From: a virus
Lineage: Duplodnaviria; Caudoviricetes
Strand: one strand, 5' to 3'
Virus record (IMG/VR): IMGVR_UViG_3300022670_000133
Span: 1-36,726 of that record
Length of the DNA stretch: 36,726 nt
The translations under genes were made by a program, and so were the position numbers. Shown piece after piece: positions 27,217 to 35,345 of this stretch. The notes under the pieces are model-generated. The model saw nothing but the letters and a program-made list of their open reading frames with translations, ran no database searches and was not told the origin of the DNA. Every line of letters starts with the position of its first letter. Within the stretch, counting starts at the first letter, position 1.

Positions 27217-27531
27217 ATGTTAGTTTCAGATAATCAAAGAATATACATTGAATGGGACGACGGAGGGACACCTTACTCGCCAGAGTTCGTTCAGAAGCCC
27301 TACGAGGACGCTGGGGAGCTTATCGACGATATCCCGGACGAAGCTGCCAGAATATACATTCTTACGGCTGACAGGGAGGTTATGGAGGACATTACAGAAA
27401 AGGTTGCAGAGGCTTGGGTTGATGAAATGCACGAAAGCCAAATACTGAATTTCTCCATGGAAAAGCCGTTGTATGTTGATAATTCGGATTACCTGCGGGA
27501 TTACGCGCATGATTTCAAAGATGATTATTGA
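27217..27531 (+). CDS. acidic hypothetical protein
   Basis: 104 aa, very D/E-rich; AAGGA SD. Confidence 0.7.
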   Translation: MLVSDNQRIYIEWDDGGTPYSPEFVQKPYEDAGELIDDIPDEAARIYILTADREVMEDITEKVAEAWVDEMHESQILNFSMEKPLYVDNSDYLRDYAHDFKDDY

Positions 27532-27538
27532 GGATGGA

Positions 27539-27745
27539 ATGATGAGTGAGGCAACAATAGAGCGCCCTTTAAAAGTTGGTCTGATGATTGATGATACTAT
27601 GCATTCTGTAGAAATGGAGTCTAATACAAATGATATTTATGTTTATGAGGGTAAACATATAGTGCAACACTTCAATGACAAAGCGGAATTCGCGGAGTTT
27701 TATAAACTCATCTGCATAGCCAGGGAAGAAATGGAGAAAGAATGA
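27539..27745 (+). CDS. hypothetical protein
   Basis: GAGGA SD before ATG 27539. Confidence 0.6.
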   Translation: MMSEATIERPLKVGLMIDDTMHSVEMESNTNDIYVYEGKHIVQHFNDKAEFAEFYKLICIAREEMEKE

Positions 27746-27906
27746 TGGGGTACGGAATATACATAATAGCATTCGCGGCATGGATTACACATATCGTCGT
27801 TGCAATACAGACAGGCTCATGGATGTTTATGATTGCCGGCGCGTTGGTGGCCCCCGTAGCGATTGCGCACGGTGTGTCTGTATGGTTTGGCTTTGCGTGG
27901 GTGTAG
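27742..27906 (+). CDS. small two-TM protein (54 aa, not in ORF track)
   Basis: MMGYGIYIIAFAAWITHIVVAIQTGSWMFMIAGALVAPVAIAHGVSVWFGFAWV; ATGA coupling. Confidence 0.7.
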   Translation: MMGYGIYIIAFAAWITHIVVAIQTGSWMFMIAGALVAPVAIAHGVSVWFGFAWV

Positions 27907-27910
27907 GCAA

Positions 27911-28144
27911 ATGAACATCACAGTAACAGAAGAAGAAGCCCAGGTAACCGCTACTTACATGGACGCATTACAGCTATCAAATCGTGCGCTGGCGAAGGCT
28001 TTGGAAGTGGCTGAACGGGATTTCGATCGAATTTACACAAGGATTGAAAGCAGTGACCCTTTGCATGAAGCAAGCGACCACTGCAAGAACGCAAGACAGG
28101 ATGTTAGAGCAGCACTTAAAGAAAGAATGATCCATGACACATGA
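27911..28144 (+). CDS. hypothetical protein
   Basis: Helical, 77 aa, packed in the operon. Confidence 0.55.
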   Translation: MNITVTEEEAQVTATYMDALQLSNRALAKALEVAERDFDRIYTRIESSDPLHEASDHCKNARQDVRAALKERMIHDT

Positions 28145-28925
28145 ATTCAAACCGGACACTTGGATAGAATATGACGATGTTGTCACAACTTACGGCCACA
28201 TCAATACACTTCATCCAAGAGATTCACCGCCTTTTTTTACGTGGCTCACACTCCGCCCCGGTGACTACTGCAAGACTGAGGGTATGACGGAAGAAGATCA
28301 TAAGATATTGCTCGGCCACAATCTTTTAGGACATATCGGCAAGCAATCATTCGGTTCTATGATGATTTACGACTATCTTGTATTTACTGGAAGTGTATTC
28401 GGAGGAATTTCTAAATCAGTATTTACGGGAGAAAAGCGAGAATTAACAATAGAGCAGATCCTATCAACACTGCCTGAAGAGGAAGAGAAAACCTTACAAA
28501 GCGTGTTGGGTGATGCAATTAAAAAATCACAAGAACAAAAAGCGGCGGTAACAAAGCTTTTGAATGAGCCCAAAGCACAAGAGATAGACTGGTCAAAGCC
28601 CATACAGACGAGGGACGGAGAAAAGGCGCGATTGTTGGCGGATAATTTAAAGGGTGAAAATTCGTATTCTGTGGCGATTGATTGGGGCGATATTGAAGAA
28701 GCCAAGGCATATCATTCAAACGGAAGATTGTGGAAAAGCGGTGTGATAACTGGACTTGACCTAATCAACATCCCTGAAGAGCATAAGCTTGAAGTCTACG
28801 TTTATCACCAAAACGGTGAAGTGCGGTGTGAAGAGGCGCGCGAGTTCGGGGCGACAACACCCTCAGGGATTGTTGCGAAGCTCAACATCACATACATACA
28901 CGGACAAGGACTGGACGATGAGTGA
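28134..28925 (+). CDS. multi-module hypothetical phage protein
   Basis: 263 aa; C-terminal IDWSKPIQTRDGEKARLL module. Confidence 0.7.
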   Translation: MTHEFKPDTWIEYDDVVTTYGHINTLHPRDSPPFFTWLTLRPGDYCKTEGMTEEDHKILLGHNLLGHIGKQSFGSMMIYDYLVFTGSVFGGISKSVFTGEKRELTIEQILSTLPEEEEKTLQSVLGDAIKKSQEQKAAVTKLLNEPKAQEIDWSKPIQTRDGEKARLLADNLKGENSYSVAIDWGDIEEAKAYHSNGRLWKSGVITGLDLINIPEEHKLEVYVYHQNGEVRCEEAREFGATTPSGIVAKLNITYIHGQGLDDE

Positions 28926-29100
28926 AGATGTCCTAAAACAAGAATATATTGTAACAAACCCGCACACTAAGGATGCAACGTTAGATTCAATAAGTTCTGA
29001 ACTTTCCAGCAAAATTTTTGCTGACCTTATAAATGCGGAAAAATATGGAATAAAAATCGTTGTGACGATGCAAACTATTGAGGGTCCAGCCGATGAGTGA
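28918..29100 (+). CDS. hypothetical protein
   Basis: Overlap-coupled 60-aa ORF. Confidence 0.55.
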   Translation: MSEDVLKQEYIVTNPHTKDATLDSISSELSSKIFADLINAEKYGIKIVVTMQTIEGPADE

Positions 29101-29428
29101 AACAACAGAGCTTAAGCCGTGCCCTTTCTGTGGTGGAAAAGCGGAGCTTAACGTTAGAGGGTACAGTGTCGCCGCCTATTGCATGAAATGTCAAACTGAC
29201 GGCCCGTTTTGCTATAGGGAAAAAAGGGACAGAGCGATTGAATTATGGAACACCCGCCCCATAGAAACAGCCCTTCAGGAAGAGAACGCAACACTGCGGG
29301 AGCCAACGCCGGGAATGCTACAAGAGTTTAGCTTGGAGTTTGATGATAGTGCGAGCGATTCTTTAGAATTTGCATCCGAACTGTGGAAAGTAATGGTTAA
29401 AATAGCACTAAAGGAGGAAGGATCGTGA
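29093..29428 (+). CDS. lar: Lar-family restriction alleviation-like zinc-finger protein
   Basis: ELKPCPFCGG...CMKC...AIELWNTR. Confidence 0.75.
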   Translation: MSETTELKPCPFCGGKAELNVRGYSVAAYCMKCQTDGPFCYREKRDRAIELWNTRPIETALQEENATLREPTPGMLQEFSLEFDDSASDSLEFASELWKVMVKIALKEEGS

Positions 29429-29610
29429 GTGAAAATACCATAGAAGGTAATATGATCATTAAGGACGGTAAGTTAGTACCGGCAGCAAACACCACGCCAA
29501 GATTATACGGGAAGGAATGGGCGGAAAGCGGTGACTGCTGGTGTATGGGGCCACAGACAGGAGAAACATTGTGCCCTTGTGACCTAAAGAAAGCAGCAAA
29601 GGAAAAGTGA
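29425..29610 (+). CDS. hypothetical Cys-motif protein
   Basis: CWCMGPQTGETLCPC; AGGAGG SD. Confidence 0.6.
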   Translation: MSENTIEGNMIIKDGKLVPAANTTPRLYGKEWAESGDCWCMGPQTGETLCPCDLKKAAKEK

Positions 29611-29795
29611 TGTTTGAACTAAACGCGCCATTCTATTCCATCGTTGCAGTAACGTTTATTGTTGGGTGTGTATTTGTATATCACGTTATTTGTCTGCGGT
29701 GGCCAAAAGAACGCCACATTGAAGACCGGCGGACATTAGGGCCAGGGCCTTTAGATTTGGAACGGGAAGCACGAAGGAACGAACATAATGATTAA
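29607..29795 (+). CDS. small single-TM protein
   Basis: Hydrophobic N-terminal segment. Confidence 0.55.
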   Translation: MMFELNAPFYSIVAVTFIVGCVFVYHVICLRWPKERHIEDRRTLGPGPLDLEREARRNEHND

Positions 29796-30030
29796 ATGGC
29801 TCATAAACTATTTCAAAAAACTCAAAGTAACATATGTCTGTGATTGGTCTTCAGATTGTATACGTATACTGCCAAACGAGGTTATCATAAACACAAAATG
29901 GATGACGGAAAAAGGGATAGTGAAAAAGAATTGGCGTGGTCATACAATTGTACGTAATTTTAAATTCGGTGGAGACCCCACACTTTGCTCCGATCCCGGC
30001 CTTCACGTAGATTATTTTCAAATGTATTAA
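29788..30030 (+). CDS. hypothetical protein
   Basis: 80 aa, coupled. Confidence 0.55.
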   Translation: MIKWLINYFKKLKVTYVCDWSSDCIRILPNEVIINTKWMTEKGIVKKNWRGHTIVRNFKFGGDPTLCSDPGLHVDYFQMY

Positions 30031-30041
30031 GGAGGCAGAGA

Positions 30042-30404
30042 ATGCCAGAAGAAAAGAATGAACAGGTCGAGCGCGTCGCAAGGGCCTTGTGCGCAACGGG
30101 ACCAATGGACCCCGACGAAATAGGCGCAAATGACGGGCCAAATTGGGGGCGATACGTAGAGCAAGCCAAAGCCGCCATAGCAGCCGCACAAGCGTGGCAA
30201 CCAATAGAGACAGCGCCGAAGGATGGTATTGCTTTTTTGGGTTATCAAAGAATGACAAAGGATCTGTGGGTTATAACGCCAATGTATTATAATGATGGTG
30301 TTTTTAAAATGGTGGAATTCAACGAAAGTAATTTTGAAAACGAATACTTCCCAACCCACTGGACGAACATCCCAACACCACCAGCAGCACAAGAGGGGGA
30401 GTAA
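30042..30404 (+). CDS. DUF551-like protein
   Basis: WQPIETAPKDG...PTHW..IP.PP; AAGGAGG SD. Confidence 0.75.
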   Translation: MPEEKNEQVERVARALCATGPMDPDEIGANDGPNWGRYVEQAKAAIAAAQAWQPIETAPKDGIAFLGYQRMTKDLWVITPMYYNDGVFKMVEFNESNFENEYFPTHWTNIPTPPAAQEGE

Positions 30405-30559
30405 TGGAAACCCTTGAAAGAGACACAGAGATAGCCATTAAGCAGATGATAACAACGGGAGTTGTTCGTATAACGGCAAGAACACAGACAGGTAATATAC
30501 TGTTTGATGTTATAGAGCCAAACGATTACTGTGTTGTAAATGTGGAGGATGAGGAATGA
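30404..30559 (+). CDS. hypothetical protein (51 aa, not in ORF track)
   Basis: METLERDTEIAIKQMITTG...; coupled at both ends. Confidence 0.55.
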   Translation: METLERDTEIAIKQMITTGVVRITARTQTGNILFDVIEPNDYCVVNVEDEE

Positions 30560-30828
30560 CACAAACACTTGAATACATGATCGACGTCATGACCCGCGCA
30601 CAGGCTGGCGAACAGGTGCAGCAGAGAACTATGAATATAAATGGCACAATTTTTGAGGATGATAATAAACCTTCATGGAATTGGATGTATAATATATACC
30701 GCATCAAGCCAAGAGAGCCGCGTGTGATTTATATGACTGCATCAGAAATTGATAAGTTTGCTGGAGATACAGCCGCAGAAACCACTGACGATGTATTCGA
30801 ATTCATGGAGGTGATTGATGATGATTGA
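30556..30828 (+). CDS. hypothetical phage protein
   Basis: PSWNWMYNIYRIKP motif. Confidence 0.7.
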   Translation: MTQTLEYMIDVMTRAQAGEQVQQRTMNINGTIFEDDNKPSWNWMYNIYRIKPREPRVIYMTASEIDKFAGDTAAETTDDVFEFMEVIDDD

Positions 30829-30951
30829 CCTAATTGACCTAATTATAAGACTCATTGCACAGGTGATATAATGCCCTTATCACATCAATTCTGTATATGG
30901 ATGTTAGTGGGCGGCTTTATCTTTGATTATGTAATATAGAGGAACGAAAGA

Positions 30952-31329
30952 ATGAGCATGGAACTAAAAGATTTATGGATTGTCGATGTTAAAGGTGAGG
31001 CTGAAACAGGAAGTTGGGAGATTTCTGTTATCCGAAGCACTAACATACATGGGCAGGAAAGCTATGGGTGGATTGACTCTACTAAACTCCTTATTGGGAG
31101 CAGCGGCGGCCCCAGACACAACACGGTTATTAAAATAGTATGGGACGGTCTTATCAAGTTAGCCGAAGAAACCCGCGATCATTTGAACGCCAAAGATTCA
31201 CAAACCAAAGAGGCGTTAGAAAGAAATGCCAGAGCAGGCGCAAGAATAACAACGCCCGATGAACGTCTAGATATGTTGGATATGATCTTAAAGCCAATGA
31301 TGGACAAACTAACGGAGGACATAAAATAG
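30952..31329 (+). CDS. hypothetical protein
   Basis: 125 aa; GAGGA SD. Confidence 0.7.
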   Translation: MSMELKDLWIVDVKGEAETGSWEISVIRSTNIHGQESYGWIDSTKLLIGSSGGPRHNTVIKIVWDGLIKLAEETRDHLNAKDSQTKEALERNARAGARITTPDERLDMLDMILKPMMDKLTEDIK

Positions 31330-31364
31330 CTTGAGTTAACGCATACAACATGTAAGATAAAGAA

Positions 31365-31795
31365 AGACCCCGCAACGCGCAAACGTCCGGGGCATGAGAT
31401 TAAGGTTTTTCTGGTAAGACTTCCCCTTAATCTAAGATAGTTTTAGCACCGTTACAAAACTATTTCCACAAAAAAATCTTCCAGTGAGCATAACACAATA
31501 ACTATGCAAGGCTTTTGGCTTCAAGTTTATAGATGAAGCAATTAAATCCGGCTCTGTCATGGCGACAACCGGGACTGTGATGCGGCATCCCCGTAACGGT
31601 TACCGAGAGAGACTGTTGACCGACTGACCCAATCAGGACCAGGCAGTTTTTTTGATACAGCCGTGTTAAGTGTATCAACAGGGTGGCACAGGGTCACAAG
31701 CCGAGAGGCAAAAGGAAATGAGTACTCGGGCGCAAGCCTTCCCTTGGGACGGGACTGTAAGGGTTAAGGGGCTGTAGCTCATACCTCACAGGAGA
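31365..31795 (+). ncRNA. candidate large structured ncRNA
   Basis: ~500-nt gap with no credible ORF, more than 10 stems and two GNRA tetraloops; possible promoter TTGAGT-16-TAAGAT at 31331-31358. Confidence 0.6.
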
Positions 31796-31827
31796 AAAAG
31801 CCATAACTATGAATGAAGGAGAAGAGG

Positions 31828-31989
31828 ATGGATAATGAAAAACTAAAAGAAATAAAAGATGTACTTTTGACGGTAAAAAATGATGGATTTTATGAGTTGG
31901 CAAGTCCAGAGGCTCTTGAGCACCTCGCAATGCATGTAGTTCATTTGATTGATGCAATTTTGAAATACGATGAAGTCTCGAGAGACTGA
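31828..31989 (+). CDS. hypothetical protein (53 aa, not in ORF track)
   Basis: MDNEKLKEIKDVLL...; AAGGAG SD. Confidence 0.55.
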   Translation: MDNEKLKEIKDVLLTVKNDGFYELASPEALEHLAMHVVHLIDAILKYDEVSRD

Positions 31990-31993
31990 AAAT

Positions 31994-32022
31994 TAGACAA
32001 CCACATCAAAGGGATGTATAAT
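31994..32022 (+). promoter_or_regulatory. sigma70-type promoter
   Basis: TAGACA-17-TATAAT. Confidence 0.7.
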
Positions 32023-32028
32023 AAACAC

Positions 32029-32179
32029 ATGTGCGGCGGCGTGGAAAGCAGACACACAAATCTAATCTTTAGCCTAACGGCGGCGCGGCATGGTTAAATA
32101 ATGATTTCAGCCGATTAGATCATGCTACTACTCTGAGGAGAGGCAAAACACCAGCCGGTTTAGCGCCCGGCCCGCACAT
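32029..32179 (+). ncRNA. tRNA-like structured RNA with an expanded central domain
   Basis: Closing stem ATGTGCGG/CCGCACAT; D-arm-like GTGGAAAGCAGACAC; T-arm-like GCCGG-TTTAGCGC-CCGGC; inner ATCTAATC/GATTAGAT. Confidence 0.6.
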
Positions 32180-32197
32180 ACAATAAAGGATGAAAGA

Positions 32198-32341
32198 ATG
32201 GAAAAGTTTAAGAAAACGGTACGAGTAATTTTTATAACAATGGCGGTCATAGGTCTATTCGATATGGCGATTCAAGGTGCTACAAGCGGCGAGGTAGGGG
32301 TTATTAAAAACGTTTTATCTGTAATTTTCCAAAAAGATTAG
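32198..32341 (+). CDS. small membrane protein (47 aa, not in ORF track)
   Basis: MEKFKKTVRVIFITMAVIGLFDMAIQG...; AAGGA SD. Confidence 0.55.
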   Translation: MEKFKKTVRVIFITMAVIGLFDMAIQGATSGEVGVIKNVLSVIFQKD

Positions 32342-32345
32342 CCAC

Positions 32346-32516
32346 ATGACAGATTGGACAAAGCCAGAAGCATACATGGTGGGGTATCATATATTGCTTG
32401 AAAAATTGTTAATGGAAGCGCGGGAAATTCAAGTTTTCCACCACCCGGTAATTACAGTGTACAATCCAGATGGGACGAAAACGATTTTGAACGGCAAAGA
32501 GATAGGGAAAGAATGA
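32346..32516 (+). CDS. hypothetical protein (56 aa, not in ORF track)
   Basis: MTDWTKPEAYMVGY...; packed in the operon; weak SD. Confidence 0.45.
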   Translation: MTDWTKPEAYMVGYHILLEKLLMEAREIQVFHHPVITVYNPDGTKTILNGKEIGKE

Positions 32517-32594
32517 ATATGGACGAAAAACTTTCAACATGTCGGTTAGTAGAAAAAGGTGATATAGTATCATCTTTCAATGCAGGGTGATGGG

Positions 32595-32837
32595 ATGACG
32601 GACTTAGAAATAGCAGCCCGGTATTGTGCCATACTAAACCTTGTCCCAGGCGATGAGAAACATATAGACGGCGTCCTCAAGGAAGACGCAGCAAGAATTA
32701 CAGAGTTTAAGGACGCAGAACATTTTGGAGATTGCACCAAAGCCCCTATATCCTGTCTTAGGTGCGAGGCTGACGAAGCTTTTGGAATGGTGCCAATTAT
32801 TAGAATTATGTTTTCATTGAATGAGAAGGCCAAATAA
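32595..32837 (+). CDS. hypothetical protein with an HxGDC...CxxC motif
   Basis: HFGDCTKAPISCLRC. Confidence 0.6.
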   Translation: MTDLEIAARYCAILNLVPGDEKHIDGVLKEDAARITEFKDAEHFGDCTKAPISCLRCEADEAFGMVPIIRIMFSLNEKAK

Positions 32838-33026
32838 ATGTGCTATAAGTCAGTGAGGGAAGACATCGGAGTGTCGCAAAAGGAATTCGCGGTAAAGTAC
32901 GGGGTCCCATTGGAGAGCCTTAAAAACTGGGAGCAAGGCCGCAGAGTTCCTAATGGCCCAGCAAAGACGTTGTTAAAGGTAATTGCCAGCAACCCAAAGG
33001 CAGTAGAAAGGGCGTTAAAATTATGA
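32838..33026 (+). CDS. XRE HTH protein, HigA/YiaG-like
   Basis: SQKEFA...SLKNWEQGRRVPNGPAKTLLKVI. Confidence 0.85.
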   Translation: MCYKSVREDIGVSQKEFAVKYGVPLESLKNWEQGRRVPNGPAKTLLKVIASNPKAVERALKL

Positions 33027-33142
33027 TTGAAATTATGGTGTTTTGTATAGGCGTGGCTTTCGGAGTAGCTATCGGGTTAGATTTGGGAGATTGGTTTAAA
33101 AGAAAGGATTCCTTGAATGCCAAAAAAACCAGTAAAGAGTAA
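33023..33142 (+). CDS. small single-TM peptide (39 aa, not in ORF track)
   Basis: MIEIMVFCIGVAFGVAIGLDLGDWFKRK...; ATGA coupling. Confidence 0.45.
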   Translation: MIEIMVFCIGVAFGVAIGLDLGDWFKRKDSLNAKKTSKE

Positions 33143-33157
33143 ACCAAAGAAAGAAGG

Positions 33158-33418
33158 GTGAGAGGGGTGTCCTCAAAATTGAGGAGGCCAACTCCAGACG
33201 AAGTGCGAGCAGCTATCAATGCTAGATGGCCTGAAACAACAGTTGAATATTGGGAAGAGGAAGTATCGCGCTTAAAGAAGCTTGATGCTATGGTGAGAAA
33301 TTATAAGAAAATAAGGTCAGAAGACGTAGGCGCGCGCGGCCTAATTGATAACGGTGATGGAACAAGTACACATCGAAGAGTGAAAGAGGCGGATGTTGGT
33401 GAACGGGTATTTTTATAA
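33158..33418 (+). CDS. hypothetical protein
   Basis: 86 aa, GTG start. Confidence 0.5.
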   Translation: MRGVSSKLRRPTPDEVRAAINARWPETTVEYWEEEVSRLKKLDAMVRNYKKIRSEDVGARGLIDNGDGTSTHRRVKEADVGERVFL

Positions 33419-33481
33419 TGGTTAAAAACAAGGGCGGGCGTCCAAGTAAGAACATTCTAAACTAGAAGGTAGGTAGATTGT

Positions 33482-33829
33482 ATGGCTGGAGGTAAGCAAA
33501 AAGGTTCTGAGAAGACAGGCGGTAGGAAGAAAGGAACACCTAACAAGGTTCCCTCTCTGCTGAAGGACGCTATTCTGAAGGCGACTGAATACGCGGGTGA
33601 GGAATTCATAAAGAAGCGTATAGAAGAGGCCATTGAAAAAGGTGAGGTCTATGACCATGAGGAGCCAATGGTTGAATATCTCAAGGCGCAAGCAGTAGAA
33701 AACCCCAATGCATTCATGACAATCTTAGGTAAAGTTCTTCCCATGCAGATAACAGGCGCAGACGGCGCGCCAATAAGAGTGGAACAGCAAACGGTGTTTT
33801 TCAATCCTGTAGGTGGTGATGATAGCTGA
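33482..33829 (+). CDS. terS: terminase small subunit
   Basis: KTGGRKKGTPNK, AFMTILGKVLP and ITGADGAPI motifs; directly before terL. Confidence 0.8.
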   Translation: MAGGKQKGSEKTGGRKKGTPNKVPSLLKDAILKATEYAGEEFIKKRIEEAIEKGEVYDHEEPMVEYLKAQAVENPNAFMTILGKVLPMQITGADGAPIRVEQQTVFFNPVGGDDS

Positions 33830-35345
33830 ACCCATACAGATAGATTACGTTTACAAGCTTCATCCAATTTTTACCAAGAAGAAGCGCCTTAAGATTATCA
33901 TCGGTGGTCGAGCCTCTACCAAATCAACAGGCATCGCCGACAAGGTTGCGGTTGATGTTATGAATGGACAGTTATGGTGTTGTGCCAGAGAAACGCAAAA
34001 CTCCATTGAAGAATCTGTTCACAGGACATTGTTAGACGAAATAGAGCGGTTTGGACTTAGGGGCTTCGAAGACACTAAAACAGAGATACGGCATACAGCA
34101 AGCGGCGGGCGCACATTTTACCGCGGTCTTTCACGCAACATCACATCCTTAAAATCTACACTCTCAGGAATTGACGGCCTTTGGATTGAAGAGGGGGAAG
34201 ACCTTTCTGCAAATACATTGCGCGTTCTAACGGCCTCAGTCCGCCTGAATGCAACTGACACAGCGCGGGCTATAGCCGGTGAAGATGTAAAGATGCCTGA
34301 GATTATCATAACAATGAACAGAGGCGCACGTGATGGCGCCGTTGCAAAGAAGTGGCTTGCCAGAGCAGAGAAAGAGTTAAACAGGTGCGGGTATTATGAA
34401 GACGACCTAATGATTGTCGTTGAAATGAATTACACAGACATGCCTAGAGATTGGTTTGAAATGTCCGGCCTAGAGGAAGAGAGAGCCGATGACTACGAAA
34501 AGGAGAGCCGTGCATTTTACAATCATAAATGGGGAGGGGCGTATATGGATGAGGTTGAAGGTTCAATTATTAAGCCTGAATGGGTTGAGGCGTCGATTGA
34601 TGCACACAAACTCCCGCATCTGGAAAATGTATTTACGCCACATGGAGCCGCCCTTGCTAGCTTTGACCCTTTTAATGGTGGTGCTGATGCGGGCGGTTAT
34701 ACGTTACGTCATGGTTCGATTATCAAGAGAGTATTGGAGAAAACAACAGGGGAGATAGACGAGGTATGCGATTGGGCAACGGGAGAGGCAACCACGGACG
34801 GTGCCGACTGGTTTGTGTGGGATGGCGATGGTATGGGTACGGGTTTAAAGCGGCAAGTTTCCCTGGCTTTCGACGGCACAAGAACGCAATACCACATGTT
34901 CAGAGGAAGTTTATCAGGTTCAGGGCAGGACAACGCAGCCAAGCTTTACATGGAATCTGAAGGCGACAGCGACCCTGAAAAAAAGAACAAAGCCAATAAA
35001 ACTTATGCTGAAACATTCAAGAACAACAGGGCGCAATATTACTTCCTTTTAGCAAGAAGGTTTTATAATACGTACAAATGCGTTATAAAGGGGCATTACA
35101 TAGATCCTGATGAAATGATTTCCCTTGATTCTGAAGGCATTGAAGACATGGTAGGCTTAAAGTCTGAGTTGTGCAGAATACCCCGGAAATCCAATCCGGG
35201 CGGTCTTTTGCAGATTATGAGTAAAGACGAAATGAAGCGGCACAAGATAGACAGCCCCAACAGAGCGGACGCTATCATGATGAGCATATTTGCCCCTTCG
35301 GTAGCCACAAAGCACACACCAATACAATTTGACGGGTGGAATTAA
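33819..35345 (+). CDS. terL: terminase large subunit (PBSX/Sf6-like headful type)
   Basis: Walker A GGRASTKS; CARETQNSIEESV; Walker B LWIEEGE; nuclease motifs WDGDGMG and SPNRADA. Confidence 0.93.
   Translation: MIAEPIQIDYVYKLHPIFTKKKRLKIIIGGRASTKSTGIADKVAVDVMNGQLWCCARETQNSIEESVHRTLLDEIERFGLRGFEDTKTEIRHTASGGRTFYRGLSRNITSLKSTLSGIDGLWIEEGEDLSANTLRVLTASVRLNATDTARAIAGEDVKMPEIIITMNRGARDGAVAKKWLARAEKELNRCGYYEDDLMIVVEMNYTDMPRDWFEMSGLEEERADDYEKESRAFYNHKWGGAYMDEVEGSIIKPEWVEASIDAHKLPHLENVFTPHGAALASFDPFNGGADAGGYTLRHGSIIKRVLEKTTGEIDEVCDWATGEATTDGADWFVWDGDGMGTGLKRQVSLAFDGTRTQYHMFRGSLSGSGQDNAAKLYMESEGDSDPEKKNKANKTYAETFKNNRAQYYFLLARRFYNTYKCVIKGHYIDPDEMISLDSEGIEDMVGLKSELCRIPRKSNPGGLLQIMSKDEMKRHKIDSPNRADAIMMSIFAPSVATKHTPIQFDGWN

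Noticed and set aside
30824-30844. Tandem ATTGACCTA duplication
   Set aside because: Only two 9-nt copies inside a possible micro-ORF; likely a slippage event
31365-31795. Group I/II intron or CRISPR array
   Set aside because: It interrupts no gene, I could not identify catalytic core motifs by eye, and there is no repeat-spacer periodicity
32029-32179. Canonical tRNA gene
   Set aside because: No TTCRA T loop, no 7-nt anticodon loop, no CCA end, and about twice the normal length
32595-33026. Complete toxin-antitoxin pair
   Set aside because: The upstream ORF shows no RelE/HigB features
33391-33419. Late promoter upstream of terS
   Set aside because: TATAAT is present at 33414 but there is no matching -35; not supportable from sequence alone
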